Notes: generated from the letters alone by a model not told the origin. A stretch of 53,090 nt of DNA, filler included, from Sphacelaria rigidula (GCA_964200075.2; 4 parts of 4 records of this genome joined end to end with filler, not necessarily neighbours in it), one strand, 5' to 3'. Shown: positions 1 through 13,132, numbered from the whole stretch's first letter. Numbers and translations: made by a program.

Positions 1-8
1 CCTCGCAT

Positions 9-56
9 CCCTACAAAGCCGGGACGGAGCACGCCGGGTTTTCGCCGGACCAGGCT
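9..56 (-). repeat. Dispersed repeat family A, ~46-nt GC-rich core (AGCCTGGTCCGGCG..AACCCGGCGTGCTCCGTCCCGGCTTTGTAGG), copy 1
   Basis: Reverse complement nearly identical to 13133-13179 and 52661-52721; runs off the contig start. Confidence 0.9.
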
Positions 57-83
57 TGCACTAAATCACCCCCCCCCGCTGGG

Positions 84-162
84 AGGGGGCGGGGGGCGTA
101 CTCATTTGTTACTTGCCTTAGTCGTGTGACCATTGACAACATATCCCTTTCGAGACGGAGCA
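84..162 (-). repeat. Dispersed repeat family B (CTCCGTCTCGAAAGGG...GTCAATGGTC...GACTAAGG...ATGAGTACGCCCCCC), copy 1
   Basis: Aligns by eye with 19622-19691 (+) and, more weakly, 21928-21990 (-). Confidence 0.8.
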
Positions 163-2392
163 CCCCGGTCGCTGGGAGGGGGGGAGGGGGGGTGAAGGAA
201 TTGGCAGTAGCTGTGCTATCCCTCGCATCGACTGATCAGAATTCTTCGGAAGTTTTTTCTTCGCGAAACGGGACCCCTATCAATTGCCCCGACAGTAGTA
301 AAGTGTAACCGAGCTATGGATCGTTAGAGACAGAGAACCACTGATACACCCTGCATGGTCAGCTTGAACCTGTCATCTTATAACCTATTCCATGCGCACG
401 TTGGAGTCCGACCGGCTCCGCAATCTAAAAGTGAGCAATTTCCTCAGAGTACCAGGTCATGTCTTGCTGGAAAGTGTAAACTCAGCTTGATGAATTGTTT
501 TGCCCAGTACGTTTGCAAACAGGGTTGCGTCCACAACAATCACGTCTGCCTCTCATCAAAACACACGTATTTTGTGCATTTGGCCAAATCTGACAACAGG
601 TTCAAAATGCAGTCTGTAGTTGTCGTGATTTTCGGTTTAACATCTCCTCAATGGTGAAAAAAAAAGACGCGACAAAGAAACACGACACCTGCGCGCTGAG
701 ACCAAAAAACGCACTTACACCCGACACACACGCGCGCATTGGCACCAGCGCTAGCCGTTGCAAGTCTTACACACAGCGGTCTTTGTTTGACGGGGGCTCG
801 TTGAGGATTGGATCAAGCGCGGCCACGTCGGTGTAGTTCCACACCCTGAACCGGTTGATATGTAATTCATGGTGCCCCTACAATACGTCGACGACCCACG
901 CTGTTCAATATACACAGATTGACGGAATGATATGCTGGCACAAGAGGGGGGTCGCCATTTCTTGTGCCAACAACATGTGGACGACTGCGAATGTGTATCA
1001 CATATTGGCCGCACAGTATTGTCGACAAAAGACAACTTCCGATACATAGATTAGTAGATATATTGGGTCATTTTTCGCGGTATAGTTTCGTACTCACTTG
1101 ATGTTATTCCCACAACTCGTCAGTTCGGAAAGTGCGCTATAGATAGTGCTTCAGCAATACACTCGACTCCATGCCAGACGAGCACAGCGCACGTTCACCG
1201 TGCGAAATTTATGTGGAACTCAGTGTGGAGGGAACTTTCAGGCTCGCCGGCTCTATTCGAGAACATGTTGCTAGGTGCTCAACGCCTGCAACCTGTCTTG
1301 CCCGATACGTCTCCGAAATACGTTGGTTGTACATTGTCCAAGCGGTGAGCGCGGGGAACGGTTTGTATAGTTTGTGTTCGGCACTTCTTGTCGCAGCAGT
1401 ATGACATGCCTCCGCCTGACTTAATACATACCGATCAGTAAATACATCCACCGCTGGCGTGCAAAGTACGTGTTGCAGCATGTTGTTCGTGGGGCACCCT
1501 TTCCGCTCGACACATGCCGACACGGACCCACTCCACCATTATCACCATCTGAACAGCCAATGTTGTCGCTACAATATCCCCCCTACTACAGCACACCCAA
1601 ACTATGCGTTGTGAAGATTCGAAAATACGTTGTCTTCGACATCAAGTATCGATATCTATGAAAAATTTACCAACCCGTCTGGGGTGCTCATGACACGCTG
1701 CCCCTTACTTATTCAAATTCAAGCGCCCATGTATCTGAAGCACAAGGGCTGCTCGATACACGGGGATTTTCAACTGCTTGGTATGACACCTTCTAAGACT
1801 ACAGCCCCATCCGACATTCCTCGCGTTTTTTCTACTGCCTCTCCCAGGGTGTCGTCGATAACAAAGGATAACAAGAAATACGCAGCTTCGAACGACAACA
1901 CCCCCATCAGAATTGGCTACTGTATGAGATATAACACCCCTCTAGAATGACACCTCCCGACTCTGTACCCGTGCTGGTAACGAAATGCATAACACACACC
2001 ATGGAAGTTGTGATGACGGACGATAGCACTACCCAGGGTAGTCTCGACTACATAAAACCGGATTACAGACTGCGTCGATGCTCCTCCGGGACGACGACGT
2101 TTGCAGTAACTTGTCTGACTCGCCTGACCGCCGCGGACACTAGAGCTCACACGGACTCGGCGACAAAAATCCAGGGTTGAAGAGGACTGGTGGTGTACAA
2201 CATCATGTTTGGGTCTTGACAGGGTTCACAGTCCCAAGCGCGTGCCCAGCGTGGGCAGCACGTATTTGTGCTCAAATTGGCGTCCGTGGCGCCAGTTTAA
2301 GCTCTGCCTGACTCTCTGCCAACGTTTCTAGCCGTACTGCAGCTATTTTTACATTCGGGTTGATGCGCGTTGCAGAGGTATGTGTGCATATA

Positions 2393-2632
2393 CATGTACA
2401 TGTATTATTTCACATATTTCACCACTTTTGCCGAGTTTTCACTGGCGATAAGGCCTTTTTTCCCGCGCTTTCTGTCGCAGCGCACTAAGAAGGCTCAGCG
2501 GTACGTTACCGTTCAGATTTGGGTGTCATCTGATCCCTGTGACGCGTGTTCTGGCCACCGAAATCCGCTCAAGCTGGCTCTTTTTCGCGGGGTGTCGATC
2601 CCGAACCATGAAAGCCTTTTCAAGATCATGGA
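2393..2632 (+). mobile_element. Dispersed repeat family C fragment (probable DNA-transposon/MITE end)
   Basis: ~240 bp aligning colinearly to the reverse complement of 32701-32938 on another contig; both copies share the CATGTACATGTAT end. Confidence 0.85.
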
Positions 2633-2735
2633 GTCTCACGTGGTCCATTAATGTACGACACGTCAAACCGACATTACATCCATGCAGAATGCAGAATGAT
2701 ATAACGATCGCCAGCGCGCCACACACTCTCTCTAC

Positions 2736-2736
2736 G

Positions 2737-2772
<36 letters not shown>

Positions 2773-2773
2773 T
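2736..2773. repeat. (TA)n microsatellite
   Basis: Direct inspection. Confidence 0.95.
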
Positions 2774-2874
2774 CCCAGACAAAGTGATGACTCAGGTTGC
2801 GCTACATTATGGCCAAGTTATCCTGGCCGCACAGTATACCTGCCCACTAGCTGCTTCGATGTATCCACAAGGAT

Positions 2875-3335
2875 CATTTCCCACGACGAACGAGAGATTG
2901 CTATTAGCCTGCTAGCTGTCTGATCCGCAAAAGAGAATCCCCCTCTATAGTGCAGAACTTTCAACGTTTTGCGTCGTCTATCCACACCAACTCCACTGAA
3001 CCAGACTCGACAGCTAGAGCACCAACACAACGCCTGCGGTAGCCAATATTCCGTGGGAGCACAGTGCCTCATTAGGCGTCGACAGTAGTGGAGAGCTCAA
3101 AGCTCCTGGGGTTCCGGAATTCTGGTGCCTCAGACAGCGGTCAAGACGGTCATTTCCCATGACCAACAACAGCCTGCTAGCTGTCTGGTGCCCAAGAAGA
3201 GACGTACACCCTCTAGGACTATCAACTTGTGTGTGCTCCGCACTACATCGACAAATCCAGACTCAGCAACTATGTCACCGTCACAGCTGCCGTGTTAGTC
3301 AGTCTTGTGTAAGAACATAGCGTCCTTATCGACAC
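2875..3335 (+). repeat. Degenerate tandem duplication, period ~270 bp
   Basis: CATTTCCCAYGAC at 2875 and 3151; AGCCTGCTAGCTGTCTG and CCAGACTC also recur in the same order. Confidence 0.7.
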
Positions 3336-3837
3336 TATTTCAAAACTCACCGAACGAATAACTGCCCTTGCCATTCTTTGGACCAGTTGCCAAACATGAC
3401 AGGCGAGATACACCAACCTCAGCCTACCCAAGGCATGCGCTGGACAGAGGGGACATCACCCAAAGAACGTCCGTAGTCAAGTTTTCATCCTACAGAGTGT
3501 CGACACTACGTTTTTTGTTGAGCGTGCAGGTTGTGTCTACGTAACTATGGCGTGTGATCTTGTGATGAAATAGTTGCTCACGCGCAGTCTCTTGCTTTGG
3601 ATGAGGATCGCTCGGTCACCAGCTTCATGGACATTTCAATCCTGATCCGCGCATGATGTGCCACGAACGAAAGTTCAAATTCAAGTCGCACTGAATATTC
3701 AGAGGACCGTGTATCTCCACGCGGCTTCGGTATGCTCACTCATTTGTTGTGCCTCCTTCCCACAGTAATACCGCCACATTGTCCAACCTACGTGTGCCGT
3801 CTGTCGCGGGTTGTTCTTATTTCGTGTCAATCGCTAG

Positions 3838-4713
3838 GCGGCCCGATCAAGGACCTCCTCAAAGGCGCTGCGACTCCTCGGCCTTTCCGAAATGCCGCTG
3901 GAGGCAGGATATATCGAGCACCCTAACTCGCTCCCAGTTCGCAGTGCTTCTACGCGCTCCATGTCCACCCCTTGGTCACCCCAAGCGAGGACTCATGGCT
4001 CACGAACACCGGGAACAACACCACCCACACCCAACGTTCCCATCACATCAAAGGTGGGGGAAACCGGATCGCTCGAACGTGACACCCCTCCGTCGCTCCG
4101 CTCAAGTACCTCTGTTCATGGTAACTGCAGGGGGGCGACAGCGGCGGCGATAAACGAAGATTTCTCGAGCCCCGCGTCAGTCTATCTGAGCGCAATTGAC
4201 AGCAGCGGGAGCCCTGTGTCTGCTTCCAGCACCCCCCGCGACGGCGCTGGCGCTGGCAGCGGAATCTTACCGCCACCGGCACCGACAACACCTCGCAAGC
4301 TCGCGGTGGAGGACATAGACGACGCATTTTTGGAGGCCATTACGGCACTCATGACTCGATTTCCGAAGCCGCCACGTGCAAGGTCAATCCCATCAGCACA
4401 TACGTCGTCGGCCGGCATTGGGGTGCAAATGCTCGGGGGCAACTGGGGAGTGATGGGGACCCAAGCTGCGCCTGTTGCACCGGCTGTTGGGGGTGGCGCC
4501 GGGAGCGGGCAGGGGGAGACTCATACGCACGGTGTTCGTGGGTTGTCGGGAAAACCATTTTGTTCGTGGAAGGGGCAGGACAAACACCACTACAACCACC
4601 AGCAATTGCTGGACCAGCTTAGAAAAAGACAGGGTGTCGATATCCCCCGCGTGCAGGAGCTTAGTGACCCAGTGAAGCGTACCTACGTTAAGAATGATGT
4701 GTTTGAGCTGTAG
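3838..4713 (+). CDS. Probable terminal coding exon of an unknown Ser/Thr/Pro-rich protein
   Basis: 876-nt open frame from a pyrimidine-rich acceptor (tcgctag|GCG) to TAG; GC-rich and disordered, with helical-looking blocks (IDDAFLEAITALM; HQQLLDQLRKRQ). No family recognised; upstream exons unresolved. Confidence 0.6.
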   Translation, partial: AARSRTSSKALRLLGLSEMPLEAGYIEHPNSLPVRSASTRSMSTPWSPQARTHGSRTPGTTPPTPNVPITSKVGETGSLERDTPPSLRSSTSVHGNCRGATAAAINEDFSSPASVYLSAIDSSGSPVSASSTPRDGAGAGSGILPPPAPTTPRKLAVEDIDDAFLEAITALMTRFPKPPRARSIPSAHTSSAGIGVQMLGGNWGVMGTQAAPVAPAVGGGAGSGQGETHTHGVRGLSGKPFCSWKGQDKHHYNHQQLLDQLRKRQGVDIPRVQELSDPVKRTYVKNDVFEL

Positions 4714-7700
4714 AAAAAAACAGCAGATGAATTTTGGTGTAAACCAATTGTTTGCGTTCGTCGGTGTAAATGTGAAGCACACCTAGTGGTACGAGGTTTT
4801 GTTAGACGCTCTTTCTTGTTGGATGCCTTTTCTTGCGTGCACCACTCGAGCATACACCCAATGTTTTATTAATATATTAGTATTGGGCAGTATTTTCTCA
4901 GGTTGCTTCAGGGGTAGGTTCAACTCGATGCGAAAGTATTTTCCGTGTAAACATAGGAATGTGCATGAAGATTGATTTTATCAGGATTCCGTTAGACTTC
5001 CACACACTTTGTGCAACTAAACAGCCTATTTTTCAACCTTTAACCGAATGCAAAAGTCGACACGCCTCGCACAGGACTTTCTCAGTGCAACAGATCGAAG
5101 CAGGGTAGACGTAACGCCAACTGCAGTCTGCGTGGTGATTGATTGACTGCCCTCGTATGTGAACATTTGTGTGTGTTTGTGTGTGTGCGTACTGCATGTA
5201 TGCAGCAGCCATCCCCGATGTGTGTGCATGTGTAGATGCATAAATTGGTGGTATCACGGCGGTTTTTCTAGCTGTTGTCATAGAACGGAGTAAAAAAATG
5301 TGCATTTTCCCAACATAGGAACTACCGAGTGGCCAAAGTAAGCAACACTTAGCAACCCGCGTTCCAAGGTCAACGCCAAGTGTTTAACTCGTCGTGGACA
5401 GACGGGTGTATGAGCGTATGCCAAGACGCGTGGGTGGAGGATCTTGCAACCGGTACTGGAGTATGCCGACCCATTTTGCTGTCCCTGTTTGCTTTTTTAG
5501 CCTCTCATAGTCCGAATCCCATGGAGCCGGCGCTTTTTCTTCTTCTAGTTCGTTTCTTTCACTGACGTGTTTGTGGAACAACAACTAGGCGACGCATGGA
5601 ATCGGAACTAAATCAGGAATATCCGCCGTTGATGCTTCGCACGGGTGATACATCCAGCCAAAGGGCATGTTTTCACGTGTATGTCCTTCAACAGAACAGA
5701 CGGGAACCTGTGCCCGCACAAATTTCTTAATATGACCTTTATTCGTTTGACCAACATACCTCAGAGTGAGCGATAGGGGCAACCTACTCGTCGATTTCTC
5801 CTATATTTGTTTCATCTTCGTCAATGACCAAGAGCGGCAGCTCACTTTCGCGTGAAAACGTTGGATAGTTCGGAGATCTCCATACAAATTTCTCCTCCCG
5901 GTATGGCGGCGTTGACAGTATACGGGTAGATCGCCCGCCGTTCGTATGGCGAGGTTGCTGGAGGAAACAAAATTAGTGTCAGGTGCCCAAGTCGAGCGGC
6001 CCTAGCGGCAATGCTGCGACTAGGTTTGTTCTTGGAGGCTGGCGTGCTGCACGAGTACGGTGTGAATAACTCGCGCTCATGACTCACGTTTTGTTTCATA
6101 GAGGCTATTTGCTTCATGCGAGTAGCCTAGTTGTTCCCGACCGTGACTTCGTATTTCAGTGTACCAAGACCCAGGGCCGCAACGACGAGATAGGAGTTTT
6201 CAAAAGGTGGTTTCTATCCGGGGGTCTCCGCTGTGGCACCAATTCAACGGTATCCCTTCCATCCTCGCCAGGATGCAACACACGTGTGCCCTCCTTTGCG
6301 GCAATTGGGAACTTGTTTTGACGTTCACCCAGAAAGGAGCACGCCGGACTGGAAGCCAGTTTGGTGGCGCTCGGCATGGCGTCAAATTGAACAATTACTA
6401 GGTGATAGCAGGACCCTCCGTAGTTCGACCACTCCGACGGACGTTTGAGCAGCACACATATTCTACCAATGCTTTTCATTCTATCTCCATCTTCGAAGCG
6501 AGATGCCCAAAACACGCACAACCATCTTCTCAGGTGTTGAGATTCACGCCTAGTTGAGACGATGATCTCATGGCAAAACGCCTTGTCCCCACGCTGCAGT
6601 TCTTGCAGGAGTCTCCCTCAAAGGAGCCCAGTACACCCTCCCCCTCTTCCCCGCGCGCGCCCGGTTCCCGGGTCGGACACAGGACGAAATGGAGTCATGG
6701 GATCCTCGTGCTGCCAAAGCTAACACAACGATCCACAACGCCACGCCATGAATGGTAACAGTTGCCCCCCTTACATACAAGGGCAACGAAAAAGCGCAAA
6801 TGAAAAAAAAATGTCTCGGCACCAATCAATCATTCAAACCGAAGCTTCACGGCACAAGATTTACCGATGATGAGAACGACCCTCGGACCTCCGACAAGTC
6901 CTTCCATGGCATTCCATCGTCCCTTTGGATAAGACCCTCGGGAATGGCAGCGCCGCCCGTGGGCGCAGCGCCCCACAGCGGTCGGATTCGCCTGCCTCCT
7001 CTGCGGCCGCTAGACCCAGTATCGCAGTGTGGATCATCGGTGACCGCCGCCGATGGGGCTTTCGGAATGGTTTCCGCCGACTGCCGAAGAGGTGGGGAGT
7101 CGATGATTCTGCCGTGACTGGGTGCCACCGTCACCTGTTGCGGGGGAAAATGGCGCGTGCGCGAGTGGAGCAAGACTCAGAGTCATACCTTGTGGGTGCA
7201 AGTCGAGTGTGTGTGTCTAGCAAATGTGACTGGGGGTGCATACATCACGTCATCACTTGAAGACAAAAGTAGTGCACCATAACGGTGGGCGGGGCTGTGG
7301 GGAGGGGAGAACGGCCAGTGGAGGTGGCAAGCCACGAGTACAATTTTTTCACTGCATTTAGATGTGGAATGTGGGTTAACAATCAATCACAACGCGAGGA
7401 TTTCGAGGAGTTGCAGGTGTACTCTCGCGGTGCTCAAGCTACGCCGCAAGGTACCATACCCTGAACGAAAGATGACGTTGTCAAAAAGTGTACTGCGCAC
7501 AGTATGGAATCTGCTGTCGATTGAAAAAGACGTAGTAGTCGATGCTGGACGCAGTACACTTTTGATAACGGAACCTATTGTCCAGGGTGTGCACGCGACT
7601 GACACATAAAACGTTCAAAGTACATGTACCAGATATCACGAGGTGGGCGTTAAACGCAGCGTTCGTCTACGGGTACCAAGGTTGCCCTTCCGCGGAGCAG

Positions 7701-8599
7701 AACCGCATACCCCTGCGATTATTTGACTTCCTCCGCAAAAAGCGTGTGGCAACAACAAAAGTAGCGCTCCCGTTACGGTTTACTAATCCTGATGTTTCAA
7801 GCTACGCGAGTTGACCGTTCTGTCCAGCACCGCCAGAACGTGACGCGTTCCCTTTTCATCTTGAAATCAAGTTCAATCGACGAATCCAGTCCTGTTTGGA
7901 AAAAGCAGAGCACTCCTTAAAGTAACATATACCGACGTCACCCTCCTCATCCCGAACATCCCCCCGCCCGCCGAGGGTATGAAAGTTTTGACCTTCCCAC
8001 CAGCACTTCACCTGCAGGTCATCATTTCTCCCCGCATTTCGTCCTTTGTTCGAAAGAGGAAGAGGTGCCGCTTCAAGTCGGTCGTGCCCAATGTTGTTCA
8101 ACAAGTGACGGCTTCGTTCCCCCCACGGGACGTCTGAGCAGTGGTCGGTTTCGAGGCAACAATCGGACAACGAGAGGTAGATTTCGTGGTAAGCTTTGTG
8201 GGGACAGGAAGTTCACCTCTTTTTTATAGAATGATCATCGCCGGGTACGGGTAGTGCAAATTGGGGTCTGTGCCCCGGCTCGGTCAGACAGAGCCGCCAC
8301 GAAAATGATATGACGGAAGTCTACACGAGGAAGCAAGAAAACTGCGGGCAACTATTGCGCGCAGATGTGTAAAAAGTGCAGAGTGAATCAACATGACATG
8401 ACATACGCCAAAAAAACAAACCACAGCCGCTTTATTATTGGCGGCTCACAAAACGAACACGGCAGTTCAGAACAGCAATACCCAAGATTCACATCTAGTC
8501 AAATTTCAAAGACATGATGTGCATTGCACCCCAACCGTACCGCCAACACTAGTCCATGCAACATCGGGGATACCAAGATCACCACGGCTGATTCTTCAA

Positions 8600-10436
8600 C
8601 TATCGCAGAGTATTGAGGTGGCCGAACGTACCAGCATCAGATCTGGACGCAAAACCACGGCCGCCGGCCGCGCTGCCCAGCCGCACGTCTGTTGCTGCCA
8701 GCAGTCGCGTCAAGGGGGACATCGGCTCTTCGTCGCTGTTAATTCGCCCAGCAGACGCTACTACTATTTCTTGCAACGCCGCCGCCTCCGTTGCTGCTGT
8801 TTCCCGTGATTGCGGTACAGGTTCGCTAGCCACATTGCCACCTCCTGCATCCCTCGCGTCTCGAGCCGCGACCGCGGATTTCGCTTGTAAGCCGGACACC
8901 ATCCCCTCCAACGCGCTTCTTCTGTCGCTGCCGCCGGCATAACCACCTTTAGGTGCGGTATCTTCCTGCTGCTGGCCGGTGAGATAGTACAACACGCTGT
9001 CCGACGTCAAGGATCGATCGCATACCTCCGCACCGTGACCTACCGCATCACTGCCGTGCGTCAGCATCTCCGATCGGGGCCTGCGGTCTCGAGAGGCCGT
9101 GCTCGCGCCAGAGGCGGCGCCAACGGCGGCCTTCGGAGACAGCGGCAGCTTCCGCGGCAAATCGATCAGGCGCGAGGTTGCCGCCAGAGACTCCTCCAGC
9201 TCAGCAGGTGCGCCCCAGCCACCACCGAGACCGCCTGTGCTGGTGCGCGTGCGCGAGTTTCGCAACGTACGGGACGGTGAGATTGACGGGGTTGGTCGAG
9301 GAGATATTGGGAACGCGAACTGACCCTCTTGCTCCCGCTCGTCGGCAAGCCCTAGCTTACTGTGCCGTCGTTGCAGGTGTTTCGTTTGCCACGAGGTCAC
9401 AAGCGCGTCCATCTCGTCTTGGGGCAGCGCAGCCGCACCGTGAGGAGTTGCAGCCGTGGCGGCAGCTGTGTCTCGCCCAATCTCCGGTCGCTCCCCTATC
9501 GACGGAAACAACATAGAGTGTCGGCTACCTTTGCCCTTGTCGTTCATTTTCCCCGGCTCCATCCTATCGCTCCACCCCATCAATGTCTCCGAATCTCGAA
9601 GCATGCTCTCTACTCCACTCCTATCAAGCAACGTATTTTGACTCGCGGCAACATCACCGGCTGGAAATAAGCTCTCGCTTGAAACTGGCAGCAAAGTAGA
9701 ATGTGTTCGGAGCTGCGGTTCTCCTAGCTTGGACTCCGTAACCGACCCTCGTTCCGCCCTTGTTAACTCCGACCACCCCGGACCCCCCCTCCCTCCACGT
9801 TTGTCAGTATCTATGGCCCGTATCCTCCGACCATTGAGGGGAATATCCGCGGTACCGTTGGTCACGTTTCCCGTGCTGTGGCCGTCATCGAATGCAAGCC
9901 TGGCGCCATCACTATCGAAACGGGGAACTGGAAGAGGCAAAGCGCCCGGTATGGCTCCTCCAGGGGAAAATCTATCGGCGCGATAGCTCCCGCTGCGGGA
10001 CGGGGGCTTCCGGGATGGGCTAGGTGCGGATACCACGTCGCCGCCGGGACTCTTTCGGAGGACCTCTGCCCGCGCCTGTGCCCCTGCCGGTAGATCGTCA
10101 ATGTCGGTTGCAGGGCTACGACGTGGCGTCTGGTGCAGGGCGACCACAGCGGCGTCTGCCAAGGTACTGGCCTGCCCCTGGTAAGGGACAGCCCCGTCGT
10201 TGGCCGGAGCGCGGGCATTAGCGTCCTGGTTGTCCTTCACAATTTCACTGATTGATGAACGTTGAGCGTTTTCGCCGCCTGCAACGCCCCCGACGCCGCC
10301 GCCTGGACGTCTCTTCCTCAGGGCTTCTTCCTGCTGTCGATATAAATTCCGAAGCTGTTCCTGCTGTTCTGCCTGTTTCCGGCGCCTCTGCTCTTCTGCA
10401 GCCATCTTCAGGCTACGGGCATGTTCTTGTTGCTGT
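8600..10436 (-). CDS. CSPP1/CCDC66-like protein, last exon
   Basis: Acceptor cccggtag|A joins in phase with the upstream AG (AGA=Arg) to give ...EEEFR|QQQEHARSLKMAAEEQRRRKQ, across a 363-bp intron (10437-10799). Open to TAG at 8600; AATAAA ~165 nt downstream. Confidence 0.8.
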
Positions 10437-10799
10437 CTACCGGGCAATGCAGTAAGGGGGGGAAAGGGTGACGAAGGACACACGATCTTCACATCGAACG
10501 GGTGGGTCTCGGCAGAAACGTGGAAGCTGAGTCACGAGGTATTCGCAGGGTACCGTTTCCGCAAACCTTTGGTGAGAGAGCTGATTCTTTCAACACGGGG
10601 AAAACATGGGTACTACGGCCACGTCGAAGGTTCCGGGCGAATTCCAAGGTACTGCTTACAAGAGCGCAAGGCTGTTGAGCTTTAGTCGACGTCATGCAGC
10701 TTCACCCCGACCCGACTGGGGCACCCGGAAACGGCCGGCCAAGCTGATGACGTTATAACACTCAATAACCGAAGCAGAACATCAGTGTTGCCAACGTAC

Positions 10800-12870
10800 C
10801 TGAACTCTTCCTCATTTTCTCTTTGGCGTCTCTTTTCTTCCTCTTTTTTGGCTTTTGCCTTCGACGCGATCTGTTCTTGCAACGCGCTCTGCTGCTCCAG
10901 CGCCGCTGCTCTCCTCTGCCATCGATCCTCCAAATCGCAGTCGCCATGCAAATTCTGTAAGTGTCTGCTAGTAGCTGCCCCAATTTCTGCATGGCATGCA
11001 CCGATCTCAGACTCCTTTCCCCCCTGAACAAGAGCTGAGCCATTTGTAACCACGGTAAAACCGTTGGCGGACATGCTACCCGTAGACGAGCGACGATATC
11101 TAGAGCCGCCCAGGGCGGCTCCCATCCCATCTCCGCCGTATACGTCCGCGACCAAGCGGCGACGAGCAGCCGTCACACGCCGAGGCTCGTCATTGGCAGG
11201 GCTACTGCCGCTAGTACTTGAATATGGGAAGATAAGTGCGGCATTCCCACCCGTCGTGTCGTTTGGTGCGAATGAAGATCGCTGTGTCGGAGAAACTTTT
11301 TCAGCCCGTCCCATCGACGAGGGAGGTGACTCGCGGCACAGGCCCTCCCGTCTTCGCTCGAAGGGGACAACGCCGTTTGAACCAGCGTGCAGCGACTCCG
11401 CGAACATAGGATCCTGGGCGGGACCCCGACGCTCCCCCTCGTGCAACGCTCCAAAACCCCCAGAGTCATCCATCGTGCCGCTATAGATCCCACCGCCCGT
11501 GGAGCGATGTCGGCCGCCACGCTGGCCGTGTTTTTCGGCATTTTTTCGGGCTTCTTTTTCGGCGATCTGCTGGCGAAGTTCTTCGGCGTATGCCGCTTTC
11601 TTCGCTTTGTCTTCGATTCTCCATCGTTCCTCCTCGCTAGTCTCTCGCCTCTGGCGAGGTGTGCCCGCCCCAGCCGATGACGGTCGCGAGCCCAACAAGC
11701 CGGGCACTCCTCCAATCCCAGTCGAACTCGTTACTGCATTCTCCACGGTCGCGTCGTTGTAAAAGCTGTTACCTGGGCGGGTTCGATACGTTACGCCAGG
11801 TTCCCATGACTCCTGCCGAATACGTTGATTTTGTTGTTCTCCATCACCGCTGGACATCACGGCGATTCGCCGTTGCTGAACGTCGTGGTCCAAGGCTCGT
11901 AAATACGCGGCCTTAGATTCGCTTTTTTCCGCATCCGCTGTTGCCATCTCATGGGCACCGGACCATAGACCTCGTAGCCCGGGGCCTTTGCGTTGCGACG
12001 GCTGCGCGGGAGAAGAAGCTACGCCGCCCTCACCGTCCCACATCCCTCTCAGTCCCGACCCTTGCCCTTGGGAGTACGAAGCGACGCCATCGCGAGTGCC
12101 ACTGCTGTTATCAGTACCCACGGCATTCTGGAAGATCTCTGGCGGTTCATCTCCCTGCCACATGCCCGCGAGACCGCCCCCTTTTCTACGTCGTTGAGGG
12201 GCTGCTTCGGATCCCGCTGCGAAGTGTCTTTTGTCGCTCATCCCCCCTCCTCCGCCCCACATGTCCCTTAAACCTCCCGGTTTGCCCTTACCCGCTCGCG
12301 GCATCGCTCTGTGCATGTCCATCTGCGACAAGATCCCAGTTGCCTCTTGCTGTTGCTTAACCAAGTCAGGAGGCGGTGGATAGGAAGAAAGCGGACCTGG
12401 ACCTCCTAGCAGAGAACCAACGCTTTCTGCTCGACCCGCTCGTCTCGGCTCAGGCGGCAGCACGCGCGTCGTTGCCGCCTCATCAGGGTTGAAAGTGGTG
12501 GCGGCGTCGAAGGCCTGAGGAGCGCCTTTCCCCTCTGAGAGATCCTGCTCCAGCTCCCTCATGGCATGTTCCACATCGGATTCGAACGCCTCTGGAGTAG
12601 GGGACGTGTTATGTACAGACTTCGCCGGAAGGTGTATTTGCGCGCGTTTTGCTGTGGCGCTTTCCTTCGTTCGCTCCCGTCCTTCCCCTTCGTAGCCATC
12701 TTCATGGCTTCTTGCTTTCGCGGCCTTGAGGCGAAAGTACTCGGCGGCCACCTTGGCGTCGAATGGGGGGTGTTGGCCTGGCTCGGGCGGAGAGAGGTTG
12801 AATCCCCTTTCACCAGTGTGTGCAACGTTCCCTGGGGCGGGGGGGTAGGACGGAGGGGGTGGCGACGCAC
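10800..12870 (-). CDS. CSPP1/CCDC66-like coiled-coil (centrosomal/ciliary) protein, penultimate exon
   Basis: Lies in the 747-aa ORF. Donor TTCAG|GTACGT at 10800/10799; likely acceptor cggcag|GTG at 12871/12870 (in-frame ATG at 12925 is the alternative). KAAYAEELRQQIAEKEARK and RRAAALEQQSALQEQIASKAKAKKEEEKRRQRENEEE resemble the CCDC66/CSPP1 helical motifs (recalled, not searched). Confidence 0.7.
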
Positions 12871-13132
12871 CTGCCGTTACCAATGGGGAAGGCCCCGAAG
12901 ATCGGAAGGAAGATTTGCGCATCATATCATCAGGAACGATAGGTTTGTGCTAGTTATGGGGGGGGGGGGTCAACACAGGTGATGATTGTAAGAAACAATA
13001 CCTGTGCGTCCATGTGGCACAATCATGTGCATCGTACCCCACACGTATATGTATGTGCGCGGCACGTGAACCGCAGTGAACAGTGTCTTGTTTGTTTCAT
13101 TTTTGGTACTTCAACCCCCCCCCTCCCCACGT

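Noticed and set aside
1490-1950. Decayed RTE ORF remnant on minus (TLGEAVEKT)
   Set aside because: Too degenerate to support without an alignment.
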